From assembly GCA_964016885.1 (NCBI GenBank), contig OZ024750.1, positions 44,640,001 through 44,704,000 of the forward strand: a stretch of DNA of 64,000 nt. Direction: 5' to 3'. The notes under the pieces were generated by a model. The model searched no databases and was not told where the DNA came from. It was given only the letters and a program-made list of their open reading frames with translations. Below are positions 44,848 to 56,543 of this stretch, piece by piece. The position numbers and the translations under genes are program-made. This DNA is from Eledone cirrhosa (Eukaryota). Numbering within the stretch: the stretch's first letter is position 1; every line of letters starts with the position of its first letter.

Positions 44848-46758
44848 ATGGCGGAGCCACGCCCCCTAGAGGCGGGTCTGCTGTCGTGCAACGGCGACTT
44901 GAGCGTTGAGAGGAGAGGTGAGGCGAGGAGCGCCACCAGCACGAATGTGAGCAGCGACAGTGCCAGCACCAACGGGCCGAGCGGCGCGGAAGGTGGTAAC
45001 AGCGACAACACCAACACCAACAAGCCGAACAGCGCAGAAGGTGGTAATAGCGAGAGCACCAACAAAACGAACAGCACAGAGAGTAATAGTAGCGACAGCA
45101 GCAGCACCAACAAGGCCAACAGCACAGAAGGTAACCACGACACAGGGGAGAACAACAACAGCAATAGCAGCAGCAACACCAACAAGAACAACAACAGTGA
45201 CAACACCAACAAGAACACTTTCGCTGCTGTGGCAGCGGCTAAAAGGAGACCATGCTACAGCATCGACTTAACCAACAGAGAGGAAAAGTTGGCCCAGGCC
45301 TGGAAAATCATAAATCAAGAGCAGACCTGGGCAAACTTAACTGTCCCGGCAGAAGCCATTGAGGCAGTGGAAAAAAGAACGGTGCATTTCAGATGCATCT
45401 CAGTAGAGACAAAGAGGGCAGCGATAATCGCCCAAGCTGACATAGAAGCCGCACTGAAATACATCAGAGAGGACACAGACTTCATAGAGAGGGGCAGGCA
45501 ATACGGCACCGTTTCGGTGCTGTTCAAGTCTGAAGCCCTCGCTGTGAAGCATTCAATGACCCCTTGCAAAACCAGCAAGGTCATAATGTACCCCTCCCAC
45601 ATGGGAAAACGAATAGCACGTGTGCGCATTCCCAGGATTCCACCAGGACTTGATATGTGGTGGCTCCTGGGTTGCGTAATCGTGGAAGGAACGGATACAG
45701 TCCCGGTAGAGGCAACGAGAACTGCCAGGGACGACTGGTCCGGGGTTGATCTGGAGATACTGCTCCAAATCAGACCCGAAAACGTAAAAACAATCCCGGA
45801 CCACATCCGCCTCCAAAACGGGAGGGTGTTGCATATAATGACTGAGGGCAAAAGGCCGCATTGTTTCCTTTGTGGGGAAACGACACACTTGCGAGCCTTC
45901 TGCCCTCAACTGCCGAAAAGCGCAAGGGGTCGAACGATTCCACTGCTGGCGACGCCGGGACAAGGACCACCAGCAACACCGTCAACAATGGAACCACCAA
46001 AATTGCACACCCAGGGGGGAAACGAGGAAAGCTCTCCCATTCCCCCTCCCCCCCAAAATACACACACGAACAAGAACATAAACACTCACTCAGACACAAA
46101 CACGCTCACAGCCACAGACCCCTCATCCTCCAGCAGTGAAGATGAGGGAAAACCAAAGTCCCCCAAAATACAAAAAACAAAACACAAAAAAAAAAGAAAT
46201 CCACAAAGCACAAACACCCCCACAAAAAAAAATACACACACCACCCACACAAACATTTTCCCCACAGCATCACCAACACAACCACCAAAATCCCCCAAAC
46301 GCAAACAAGCTAAACAGACACAAGAACAAATAGACACACAAACATCAGAAACTACAGACACCCCACCCACAACAAACGCAGACACAATAGAAACAACACT
46401 AACAAAGCTATCACCACCACAATCACACGAACAAATAAAACCCGAGCAACAAAACATTAAAAACTTCGTGCTTGCCAGAAGGGCCAACAAGGAATTGATG
46501 GCCCATGTAGCACGAAGCACAAACATCGAAAAAGACGGGGAAACATTTGAAGCGAGCACATTTCGCGTACCAGATAATTTGCTTCTGATGCGAATGTCGC
46601 TCGCTTCATACAAAGAAATTCGAAAGAGCTTTCCTCGGGATGTGGGAACCCCGAACGTAAAACCCACGTCAAGACTATTAAAGGGGTTCCCAAAAGAAAC
46701 CCCACAAACCATGGAGGTCGAACCACCCGACCTTCACAAGACCCCGGAAGGTAAGTAA
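44848..46758 (+). CDS. ORF1 (636 aa)
   Basis: As A2. Confidence 0.9.
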   Translation: MAEPRPLEAGLLSCNGDLSVERRGEARSATSTNVSSDSASTNGPSGAEGGNSDNTNTNKPNSAEGGNSESTNKTNSTESNSSDSSSTNKANSTEGNHDTGENNNSNSSSNTNKNNNSDNTNKNTFAAVAAAKRRPCYSIDLTNREEKLAQAWKIINQEQTWANLTVPAEAIEAVEKRTVHFRCISVETKRAAIIAQADIEAALKYIREDTDFIERGRQYGTVSVLFKSEALAVKHSMTPCKTSKVIMYPSHMGKRIARVRIPRIPPGLDMWWLLGCVIVEGTDTVPVEATRTARDDWSGVDLEILLQIRPENVKTIPDHIRLQNGRVLHIMTEGKRPHCFLCGETTHLRAFCPQLPKSARGRTIPLLATPGQGPPATPSTMEPPKLHTQGGNEESSPIPPPPQNTHTNKNINTHSDTNTLTATDPSSSSSEDEGKPKSPKIQKTKHKKKRNPQSTNTPTKKNTHTTHTNIFPTASPTQPPKSPKRKQAKQTQEQIDTQTSETTDTPPTTNADTIETTLTKLSPPQSHEQIKPEQQNIKNFVLARRANKELMAHVARSTNIEKDGETFEASTFRVPDNLLLMRMSLASYKEIRKSFPRDVGTPNVKPTSRLLKGFPKETPQTMEVEPPDLHKTPEGK

Positions 46759-46787
46759 ACCTTTCCTCTCCCATTCATCCTGCCAGC

Positions 46788-49700
46788 ATGGCCATAAGAG
46801 TAGGAAGTTTAAATGTTCGTGGCCTGGGGTCGCCCTGGAAGCAAGGTCACTTGCTCAACGACCTCAGGTCACTAGGAATGGATGTAATTGCCATCAGCGA
46901 GACCAGAATTTCCGACACACGCGCACTGGCGCCGATTTTCGACGATTATCAGATCTTTGCATCTGTTAGTCGGCCGGGAATGGGAGGTGGAGTGGCTGTG
47001 CTGTTTAGGAAATGTCTGGATCTCGAGGTAAGGTCAATCTTCCGGGATCCTGACGGAAAGTTGGTGGTCCTGGACGTGAGCAGTGGCGAAGGTGGTGCCT
47101 TTAGACTGGTGGCCGTCTACGCCCCTACTGGGGCCGGTCGGCCGGACTTCTTTAGGCGCCTGGAAAACTTCCTGCTTACGTCTCGCCCTTTACTGTTAAT
47201 AGGGGATTGGAATGGCATCTTAGAAGCACGCTGGGATTGTGTGGGAGTATCTGATAGGAGCGGGGGGTGCAAAAGCCTCAAGTACCTGATCAGCCAGTTT
47301 CAACTGTCTGACAGGTACCGACTAGATTTCCCTAATGCGCCAGTATGGACCTGGACCAATCGCATAGGGTCATCTAGATCGTACATAGATAGGATTTTCA
47401 TTAGGAAAAGAGATAGAAATAGTGTAGGATGTCCACATTTTAAAACGGTTGCCTATTCAGATCACAAGCTTGTGATCTGTATGGTCGACCTAGATAAGAC
47501 ACGTAGGTTAGGACCTAGCTACTGGAAGCTAAACATGTCGTTTCCGGCACGTAAAGCTTACAGGGACCGGGTCAACAACTTAGTTAAGCAAAAGTTGACA
47601 GGGGGGGTTGTCAACAACAGGTGGTGGGGGGCACTCAAAAGAGAGATTAGAGCAACCTCGATAGGATTTAGCAAAGAAGTAGCAATAGAGAAAAATAGAA
47701 AGGAGGAGGGGCTGATAGCTAAGTTAGACGAGGCTATTTGTAGTGGCATTGCAACAGACGTGCTAGCGGCGAGAATGGCACTAGACCATTTCTTCAATGC
47801 GAAACACGAAGGTTGCATTGTCAGAGCTAAGGCGCGTGCTCTGAGGAACGAGGGAAGCAAAGCTGCCCGATGGGCTCGCTTTGCAGAGACGCAGCGTGGA
47901 AATAAAACCACAATTCGGTCTTTGACGGATCGAGATGGACACGAACTGAGCGATTCCAAGCAGATGTGTGAGGCCTTTCGCCAGCACTTTGCTCGATTGT
48001 TCGGGAGGATGGGTGAGTCGGAGACGGCGGCGGACTTCAGTCCCTACCTCGACGGCTTGCCACGCCTCTCGACGGCCGACGCTGAGCGCTGCGAAGAGCC
48101 GATAACATCAGCCGAAATTCAGGACGCCCTTGTCGGCTGCTCGAGTCGCAAGTCACCCGGTTTGGATGGTCTGCCCTACGAGCTTTACGTAAATATGCCA
48201 GACTTGTTCTCCGATCTCCTCGAAGCGCTCTACTGCAACTGGCAGCAGAACGGGAGCATTCCCAGTTCTGTGAGCCGTGGCGTAGTGACGCTGATAAGGA
48301 AAGACGAGAACAAGAGGGACACACTAGATAATTTCAGGCCCATAACCCTGCTCAACACAGAGTTTAAGATTTTGGCCAAGGTGTTAGCGAAAAGGTTGGC
48401 GCTTGTCGTCAAAGATTTGGTTGGGGAGGCGCAAACTTGCGCAATCCCGACCAGGTCCATACACGACAACCTCCACCTCATGCGATACATCATAGAGAGG
48501 GTTGGGTGCAAACCTGGCTTCGGTGGGGCTCTGATCAATTTAGATCAATCGAAAGCATTCGATAGGGTCGACCATCGGTACTTGGAGGCTGTCCTCGAGG
48601 CGGCTGGCTTCGGCCCCGTCTTCAGAAGCTGGATCGCTGCAATGTACAGCGGCATCCGCTCGGTGGTCAAAGTTAATGGCCACCTCTCGGAACCGTTTCA
48701 GATCTCTCGATCGGTCCGTCAAGGGTGCCCTCTCTCCTCCCTTCTGTACGTATTGACTCTTGAGCCTCTACTGCGGAAGCTGGAGTTGTTGCAGGGCATC
48801 CCGCTCGAACCGGGACGCAGAAAGGCTGCGTCCGCTTATGCGGACGACATCACCGTGATGGTGTCGGACACCTCGGAAATCGAGGTGATCCGCACCCATT
48901 TGGAGGAATATGAAAGGTTGACGGGAGCAAAACTTAACCCGGAAAAGTCGGTGGGCTTGCAGCTCGGCACCTGGAGAGGCAAGTCCATGCCGTCCAACAG
49001 CGTCGTTGGGCGCTGGACAGACGGACCGGTAAAGTTGCTCGGGGTTTGGTTCGGACCAGACCTCCAGGTGGATAAGAATTGGGACGAGGTGACGAGCAGG
49101 ATAGCCAACCTCACCCAGAAATGGGCTGAGAGAAAGCTATCACTGAAAGGGCGGGCGGAGGTGGCGAACGCGTACATCGCGTCCGTCATCTACTACCGCC
49201 TGACCGTCGTGCCTTGCCCCCGTCCACGCCTCGCCAATTTGGAACGGCTCCTTTTCAAATTTTTGTGGAGGGGACGGGTCCCGTTGGTGAGGCGGTCCAT
49301 CTGCTGCCAGCACCCTCTTCGTGGAGGGCTGGGCATGCCGTGGCTAATGATGCGCAGACATGCGCTGAGGCTGCGACATCTCCAGATATTTTGCCTAAAC
49401 GGTGAACAGGTGTGGTCGCCGTTTGTTAGACGGGCCTTTCCGCAGCTCATCTCTTTGACTGAGCTGCAGTCCTGGGTCAAGAAGAGACCGAGACTGGGCG
49501 ACTGGCATCTGGAATGTTGCCAGGCGCTCACTGCACTCTGCAAGGTGGGCAATGCGGTCAGTGGAACTTCCACTCAAGATTTCTATAGAGGATTAGTGGA
49601 GGGCAAGTGCGATGACGTACTAGGAGAGGCTCTGGGCGTCAACGAAGTAGAACTGACCAGTATGTTCCGGAGGACTTTCGAGCCGGGGACGATGGATAAC

Positions 49701-50207
49701 TTCCAGAAATCCCTCGCTTGGCAGTGCTACCGGGGGGCGCTGCCGGTTCGGGATAAACTCTACAGGCACGGAAGTGCTGTCAGACGAACCTGCCCGAGAT
49801 GCGCGCAGAGCGACGAAACCGTTCTGCACGCACTCGTCCAGTGTCCGTGCATTGCTGACTTGTGGGGTTATGTCGAACAGCTATTGTCGCGTGTAGAACG
49901 GATCCGGCTATCGTCCGAGTCCATAGTGAAGATTGACCCGCCGCCTTCTTTTGGTCAGGAAGGGCAGGCAATTTTCCTCTGCCTGGTGGCAGTAGCGAAA
50001 GAGGTTGCATGGTGGACCAGGTTGAAAGGACTGAAGACAGACACTTTTCTCTTCGGCCAATCCCTCATCAACTTCTTCAAGTTTCACTTGGAAAGGAAGG
50101 TGAGGGTGGAGAGAGAAGTGCTGCCCCCCAGTACATTTACTGAAAGGTGGGTGAATGTGGCGAGAATGGCCCGCGTGAGTGGGCCTACTCTGATCATGCG
50201 CCTGTAG
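46788..50207 (+). CDS. ORF2 APE-RT-CCHC
   Basis: As A1. Confidence 0.97.
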   Translation: MAIRVGSLNVRGLGSPWKQGHLLNDLRSLGMDVIAISETRISDTRALAPIFDDYQIFASVSRPGMGGGVAVLFRKCLDLEVRSIFRDPDGKLVVLDVSSGEGGAFRLVAVYAPTGAGRPDFFRRLENFLLTSRPLLLIGDWNGILEARWDCVGVSDRSGGCKSLKYLISQFQLSDRYRLDFPNAPVWTWTNRIGSSRSYIDRIFIRKRDRNSVGCPHFKTVAYSDHKLVICMVDLDKTRRLGPSYWKLNMSFPARKAYRDRVNNLVKQKLTGGVVNNRWWGALKREIRATSIGFSKEVAIEKNRKEEGLIAKLDEAICSGIATDVLAARMALDHFFNAKHEGCIVRAKARALRNEGSKAARWARFAETQRGNKTTIRSLTDRDGHELSDSKQMCEAFRQHFARLFGRMGESETAADFSPYLDGLPRLSTADAERCEEPITSAEIQDALVGCSSRKSPGLDGLPYELYVNMPDLFSDLLEALYCNWQQNGSIPSSVSRGVVTLIRKDENKRDTLDNFRPITLLNTEFKILAKVLAKRLALVVKDLVGEAQTCAIPTRSIHDNLHLMRYIIERVGCKPGFGGALINLDQSKAFDRVDHRYLEAVLEAAGFGPVFRSWIAAMYSGIRSVVKVNGHLSEPFQISRSVRQGCPLSSLLYVLTLEPLLRKLELLQGIPLEPGRRKAASAYADDITVMVSDTSEIEVIRTHLEEYERLTGAKLNPEKSVGLQLGTWRGKSMPSNSVVGRWTDGPVKLLGVWFGPDLQVDKNWDEVTSRIANLTQKWAERKLSLKGRAEVANAYIASVIYYRLTVVPCPRPRLANLERLLFKFLWRGRVPLVRRSICCQHPLRGGLGMPWLMMRRHALRLRHLQIFCLNGEQVWSPFVRRAFPQLISLTELQSWVKKRPRLGDWHLECCQALTALCKVGNAVSGTSTQDFYRGLVEGKCDDVLGEALGVNEVELTSMFRRTFEPGTMDNFQKSLAWQCYRGALPVRDKLYRHGSAVRRTCPRCAQSDETVLHALVQCPCIADLWGYVEQLLSRVERIRLSSESIVKIDPPPSFGQEGQAIFLCLVAVAKEVAWWTRLKGLKTDTFLFGQSLINFFKFHLERKVRVEREVLPPSTFTERWVNVARMARVSGPTLIMRL

Positions 50208-50694
50208 GCTGGTGAATTCGAGAAGGAGAGGGGTGCCCTTCCCGGGTGCCCTAGGAGCGTCGGGTGGCTCAGGACTGGTGGGGTGCTTGAGTCAACCCTG
50301 GGTGGTGATCCCTCTTATTGGGGAACTTTCATTGTTGTATTTTTATTGTTATTTTGTTTTTGTTTTTTTGTTATTTATACTTACTCGATCTCTATGTAAA
50401 CCCCCACTGTCCCTGTCTATTGTGTTGTCCCCTATATGTCGGCCCTTGTGGCCAATAAATGAAATCATTATTATTATTATTATTGACGAAAGTGGATGTA
50501 CGTTTTTTGAAGCTCCGTGAGTAAGCAATTTTTTGAGGATTAATTGTAGAGAATTGTTTATTTTTTGTACCGCTGAAGCATTATAAGACATTAATTTGTA
50601 TCCTGTGAAGGAATAACTCATAATATTTGGGCCTTTTGGCCCAAATATTTGAACTTTATTTTGAAAAAAATAATAATTTTTTTCTCAAAAAAAC

Positions 50695-52607
50695 ATGGCG
50701 GAGCCACGCCCCCTAGAGGCGGGTCTGCTGTCGTGCAACGGCGACTTGAGCGTTGAGAGGAGAGGTGAGGCGAGGAGCGCCACCAGCACGAATGTGAGCA
50801 GCGACAGTGCCAGCACCAACGGGCCGAGCGGCGTGGAAGGTGGTAACAGCGACAACACCAACACCAACAAGCCGAACAGCGCAGAAGGTGGTAATAGCGA
50901 GAGCACCAACAAAACGAACAGCACAGAGAGTAATAGTAGCGACAGCAGCAGCACCAACAAGGCCAACAGCACAGAAGGTAACCACGACACAGGGGAGAAC
51001 AACAACAGCAATAGCAGCAGCAACACCAACAAGAACAACAACAGTGACAACACCAACAAGAACACTTTCGCTGCTGTGGCAGCGGCTAAAAGGAGACCAT
51101 GCTACAGCATCGACTTAACCAACAGAGAGGAAAAGTTGGCCCAGGCCTGGAAAATCATAAATCAAGAGCAGACCTGGGCAAACTTAACTGTCCCGGCAGA
51201 AGCCATTGAGGCAGTGGAAAAAAGAACGGTGCATTTCAGATGCATCTCAGTAGAGACAAAGAGGGCAGCGATAATCGCCCAAGCTGACATAGAAGCCGCA
51301 CTGAAATACATCAGAGAGGACACAGACTTCATAGAGAGGGGCAGGCAATACGGCACCGTTTCGGTGCTGTTCAAGTCTGAAGCCCTCGCTGTGAAGCATT
51401 CAATGACCCCTTGCAAAACCAGCAAGGTCATAATGTACCCCTCCCACATGGGAAAACGAATAGCACGTGTGCGCATTCCCAGGATTCCACCAGGACTTGA
51501 TATGTGGTGGCTCCTGGGTTGCGTAATCGTGGAAGGAACGGATACAGTCCCGGTAGAGGCAACGAGAACTGCCAGGGACGACTGGTCCGGGGTTGATCTG
51601 GAGATACTGCTCCAAATCAGACCCGAAAACGTAAAAACAATCCCGGACCACATCCGCCTCCAAAACGGGAGGGTGTTGCATATAATGACTGAGGGCAAAA
51701 GGCCGCATTGTTTCCTTTGTGGGGAAACGACACACTTGCGAGCCTTCTGCCCTCAACTGCCGAAAAGCGCAAGGGGTCGAACGATTCCACTGCTGGCGAC
51801 GCCGGGACAAGGACCACCAGCAACACCGTCAACAATGGAACCACCAAAATTGCACACCCAGGGGGGAAACGAGGAAAGCTCTCCCATTCCCCCTCCCCCC
51901 CAAAATACACACACGAACAAGAACATAAACACTCACTCAGACACAAACACGCTCACAGCCACAGACCCCTCATCCTCCAGCAGTGAAGATGAGGGAAAAC
52001 CAAAGTCCCCCAAAATACAAAAAACAAAACACAAAAAAAAAAGAAATCCACAAAGCACAGACACCCCCACAAAAAAAAAAATACACACACCACCCACACA
52101 AACATTTTCCCCACAGCATCACCAACACAACCACCAAAATCCCCCAAACGCAAACAAGCTAAACAGACACAAGAACAAATAGACACACAAACATCAGAAA
52201 CTACAGACACCCCACCCACAACAAACGCAGACACAATAGAAACAACACTAACAAAGCTATCACCACCACAATCACACGAACAAATAAAACCCGAGCAACA
52301 AAACATTAAAAACTTCGTGCTCGCCAGAAGGGCCAACAAGGAATTGATGGCCCATGTAGCACGAAGCACAAACATCGAAAAAGACGGGGAAACATTTGAA
52401 GCGAGCACATTTCGCGTACCAGATAATTTGCTTCTGATGCGAATGTCGCTCGCTTCATACAAAGAAATTCGAAAGAGCTTTCCTCGGGATGTGGGAACCC
52501 CGAACGTAAAACCCACGTCAAGACTATTAAAGGGGTTCCCAAAAGAAACCCCACAAACCATGGAGGTCGAACCACCCGACCTTCACAAGACCCCGGAAGG
52601 TAAGTAA
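50695..52607 (+). pseudogene. ORF1 with +2 frameshift in an A run
   Basis: A11 at 52071-52081 versus A9 in A2. Confidence 0.75.
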
Positions 52608-52636
52608 ACCTTTCCTCTCCCATTCATCCTGCCAGC

Positions 52637-55600
52637 ATGGCCATAAGAGTAGGAAGTTTAAATGTTCGTGGCCTGGGGTCGCCCTGGAAGCAAGGTCACT
52701 TGCTCAACGACCTCAGGTCACTAGGAATGGATGTAATTGCCATCAGCGAGACCAGAATTTCCGACACACGCGCACTGGCGCCGATTTTCGACGATTATCA
52801 GATCTTTGCATCTGTTAGTCGGCCGGGAATGGGAGGTGGAGTGGCTGTGCTGTTTAGGAAATGTCTGGATCTCGAGGTAAGGTCAATCTTCCGGGATCCT
52901 GACGGAAAGTTGGTGGTCCTGGACGTGAGCAATAGCGAAGGTGGTGCCTTTAGACTGGTGGCCGTCTACGCCCCTACTGGGGCCGGTCGGCCGGACTTCT
53001 TTAGGCGCCTGGAAAACTTTCTGCTTACGTCTCGCCCTTTACTGTTAATAGGGGATTGGAATGGCATCTTAGAAGCACGCTGGGATTGTGTGGGAGTATC
53101 TGATAGGAGCGGGGGGTGCAAAAGCCTCAAGTACCTGATCAGCCAGTTTCAACTGTCTGACAGGTACCGACTAGATTTCCCTAATGCGCCAGTATGGACC
53201 TGGACCAATCGCATAGGGTCATCTAGATCGTACATAGATAGGATTTTCATTAGGAAAAGAGATAGAAATAGTGTAGGATGTCCACATTTTAAAACGGTTG
53301 CCTATTCAGATCACAAGCTTGTGATCTGTATGGTCGACCTAGATAAGACACGTAGGTTAGGACCTAGCTACTGGAAGCTAAACATGTCGTTTCCGGCACG
53401 TAAAGCTTACAGGGACCGGGTCAACAACTTAGTTAAGCAAAAGTTGACAGGGGGGGTTGTCAACAACAGGTGGTGGGGGGCACTCAAAAGAGAGATTAGA
53501 GCAACCTCGATAGGATTTAGCAAAGAAGTAGCAATAGAGAAAAATAGAAAGGAGGAGGGGCTGATAGCTAAGTTAGACGAGGCTATTTGTAGTGGCATTG
53601 CAACAGACGTGCTAGCGGCGAGAATGGCACTAGACCATTTCTTCAATGCGAAACACGAAGGTTGCATTGTCAGAGCTAAGGCGCGTGCTCTGAGGAACGA
53701 GGGAAGCAAAGCTGCCCGATGGGCTCGCTTTGCAGAGACGCAGCGTGGAAATAAAACCACAATTCGGTCTTTGACGGATCGAGATGGACACGAACTGAGC
53801 GATTCCAAGCAGATGTGTGAGGCCTTTCGCCAGCACTTTGCTCGATTGTTCGGGAGGATGGGTGAGTCGGAGACGGCGGCGGACTTCAGTCCCTACCTCG
53901 ACGGCTTGCCACGCCTCTCGACGGCCGACGCTGAGCGCTGCGAAGAGCCGATAACATCAGCCGAAATTCAGGACGCCCTTGTCGGCTGCTCGAGTCGCAA
54001 GTCACCCGGTTTGGATGGTCTGCCCTACGAGCTTTACGTAAATATGCCAGACTTGTTCTCCGATCTCCTCGAAGCGCTCTACTGCAACTGGCAGCAGAAC
54101 GGGAGCATTCCCAGTTCTGTGAGCCGTGGCGTTGTGACGCTGATAAGGAAAGACGAGAACAAGAGGGACACACTAGATAATTTCAGGCCCATAACCCTGC
54201 TCAACACAGAGTTTAAGATTTTGGCCAAGGTGTTAGCGAAAAGGTTGGCGCTTGTCGTCAAAGATTTGGTTGGGGAGGCGCAAACTTGCGCAATCCCGAC
54301 CAGGTCCATACACGACAAACTCCACCTCATGCGATACATCATAGAGAGGGTTGGGTGCAAACCTGGCTTCGGTGGGGCTCTGATCAATTTAGATCAATCG
54401 AAAGCATTCGATAGGGTCGACCATCGGTACTTGGAGGCTGTCCTCGAGGCGGCTGGCTTCGGCCCCGTCTTCAGAAGCTGGATCGCTGCAATGTACAGCG
54501 GCATCCGCTCGGTGGTCAAAGTTAATGGCCACCTCTCGGAACCGTTTCAGATCTCTCGATCGGTCCGTCAAGGGTGCCCTCTCTCCTCACTTCTGTACGT
54601 ATTGACTCTTGAGCCTCTACTGCGGAAGCTGGAGTTGTTGCAGGGCATCCCGCTCGAACCGGGACGTAGAAAGGCTGCGTCCGCTTATGCGGACGACATC
54701 ACCGTGATGGTGTCGGACACCTCGGAAATCGAGGTGATCCGCACCCATTTGGAGGAATATGAAAGGTTGACGGGAGCAAAACTTAACCCGGAAAAGTCGG
54801 TGGGCTTGCAGCTCGGCACCTGGAGAGGCAAGTCCATGCCGTCCAACAGCGTCGTTGGGCGCTGGACAGACGGACCGGTAAAGTTGCTCGGGGTTTGGTT
54901 CGGACCAGACCTCCAGGTGGATAAGAATTGGGACGAGGTGACGAGCAGGATAGCCAACCTCACCCAGAAATGGGCTGAGAGAAAGCTATCACTGAAAGGG
55001 CGGGCGGAGGTGGCGAACGCGTACATCGCGTCCGTCATCTACTACCGCCTGACCGTCGTGCCTTGCCCCCGTCCACGCCTCGCCAATTTGGAACGGCTCC
55101 TTTTCAAATTTTTGTGGAGGGGACGGGTCCCGTTGGTGAGGCGGTCCATCTGCTGCCAGCACCCTCTTCGTGGAGGGCTGGGCATGCCGTGGCTAATGAT
55201 GCGCAGACATGCGCTGAGGCTGCGACATCTCCAGATATTTTGCCTAAACGGTGAACAGGTGTGGTCGCCGTTTGTTAGACGGGCCTTTCCGCAGCTCATC
55301 TCTTTGACTGAGCTGCAGTCCTGGGTCAAGAAGAGACCGAGACTGGGCGACTGGCATCTGGAATGTTGCCAGGCGCTCACTGCACTCTGCAAGGTGGGCA
55401 ATGCGGTCAGTGGAACTTCCACTCAAGATTTCTATAGAGGATTAGTGGAGGGCAAGTGCGATGACGTACTAGGAGAGGCTCTGGGCGTCAACGAAGTAGA
55501 ACTGACCAGTATGTTCCGGAGGACTTTCGAGCCGGGGACGATGGATAACTTCCAGAAATCCCTCGCTTGGCAGTGCTACCGGGGGGCGCTGCCGGTTCGG

Positions 55601-56056
55601 GATAAACTCTACAGGCACGGAAGTGCTGTCAGACGAACCTGCCCGAGATGCGCGCAGAGCGACGAAACCGTTCTGCACGCACTCGTCCAGTGTCCGTGCA
55701 TTGCTGACTTGTGGGGTTATGTCGAACAGCTATTGTCGCGTGTAGAACGGATCCGGCTATCGTCCGAGTCCATAGTGAAGATTGACCCGCCGCCTTCTTT
55801 TGGTCAGGAAGGGCAGGCAATTTTCCTCTGCCTGGTGGCAGTAGCGAAAGAGGTTGCATGGTGGACCAGGTTGAAAGGACTGAAGACAGACACTTTTCTC
55901 TTCGGCCAATCCCTCATCAACTTCTTCAAGTTTCACTTGGAAAGGAAGGTGAGGGTGGAGAGAGAAGTGCTGCCCCCCAGTACATTTACTGAAAGGTGGG
56001 TGAATGTGGCGAGAATGGCCCGCGTGAGTGGGCCTACTCTGATCATGCGCCTGTAG
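52637..56056 (+). CDS. ORF2 APE-RT-CCHC
   Basis: As A1. Confidence 0.97.
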   Translation: MAIRVGSLNVRGLGSPWKQGHLLNDLRSLGMDVIAISETRISDTRALAPIFDDYQIFASVSRPGMGGGVAVLFRKCLDLEVRSIFRDPDGKLVVLDVSNSEGGAFRLVAVYAPTGAGRPDFFRRLENFLLTSRPLLLIGDWNGILEARWDCVGVSDRSGGCKSLKYLISQFQLSDRYRLDFPNAPVWTWTNRIGSSRSYIDRIFIRKRDRNSVGCPHFKTVAYSDHKLVICMVDLDKTRRLGPSYWKLNMSFPARKAYRDRVNNLVKQKLTGGVVNNRWWGALKREIRATSIGFSKEVAIEKNRKEEGLIAKLDEAICSGIATDVLAARMALDHFFNAKHEGCIVRAKARALRNEGSKAARWARFAETQRGNKTTIRSLTDRDGHELSDSKQMCEAFRQHFARLFGRMGESETAADFSPYLDGLPRLSTADAERCEEPITSAEIQDALVGCSSRKSPGLDGLPYELYVNMPDLFSDLLEALYCNWQQNGSIPSSVSRGVVTLIRKDENKRDTLDNFRPITLLNTEFKILAKVLAKRLALVVKDLVGEAQTCAIPTRSIHDKLHLMRYIIERVGCKPGFGGALINLDQSKAFDRVDHRYLEAVLEAAGFGPVFRSWIAAMYSGIRSVVKVNGHLSEPFQISRSVRQGCPLSSLLYVLTLEPLLRKLELLQGIPLEPGRRKAASAYADDITVMVSDTSEIEVIRTHLEEYERLTGAKLNPEKSVGLQLGTWRGKSMPSNSVVGRWTDGPVKLLGVWFGPDLQVDKNWDEVTSRIANLTQKWAERKLSLKGRAEVANAYIASVIYYRLTVVPCPRPRLANLERLLFKFLWRGRVPLVRRSICCQHPLRGGLGMPWLMMRRHALRLRHLQIFCLNGEQVWSPFVRRAFPQLISLTELQSWVKKRPRLGDWHLECCQALTALCKVGNAVSGTSTQDFYRGLVEGKCDDVLGEALGVNEVELTSMFRRTFEPGTMDNFQKSLAWQCYRGALPVRDKLYRHGSAVRRTCPRCAQSDETVLHALVQCPCIADLWGYVEQLLSRVERIRLSSESIVKIDPPPSFGQEGQAIFLCLVAVAKEVAWWTRLKGLKTDTFLFGQSLINFFKFHLERKVRVEREVLPPSTFTERWVNVARMARVSGPTLIMRL

Positions 56057-56543
56057 GCTGGTGAATTCGAGAAGGAGAGGGGTGCCCTTCCCGGGTGCCC
56101 TAGGAGCGTCGGGTGGCTCAGGACTGGTGGGGTGCTTGAGTCAACCCTGGGTGGTGATCCCTCTTATTGGGGAACTTTCATTGTTGTATTTTTATTGTTA
56201 TTTTGTTTTTTTGTTATTTATACTTACTCGATCTCTATGTAAACCCCCACTGTCCCTGTCTATTGTGTTGTCCCCTATATGTCGGCCCTTGTGGCCAATA
56301 AATGAAATCATTATTATTATTATTATTATTATTGACGAAAGTGGATGTACGTTTTTTGAAGCTCCGTGAGTAAGCAATTTTTTGAGGATTAATTGTAGAG
56401 AATTGTTTATTTTTTGTACCGCTGAAGCATTATAAGACATTAATTTGTATCCTGTGAAGGAATAACTCATAATATTTGGGCCTTTTGGCCCAAATATTTG
56501 AACTTTATTTTGGAAAAAATAATAATTTTTTTCTCAAAAAAAC

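Larger units (their letters stand above)
44637..50466 (+). mobile_element. Family A copy 3
   Basis: Same termini; followed by (ATT)6. Confidence 0.95.
50485..56309 (+). mobile_element. Family A copy 4
   Basis: Same termini; followed by (ATT)8. Confidence 0.95.
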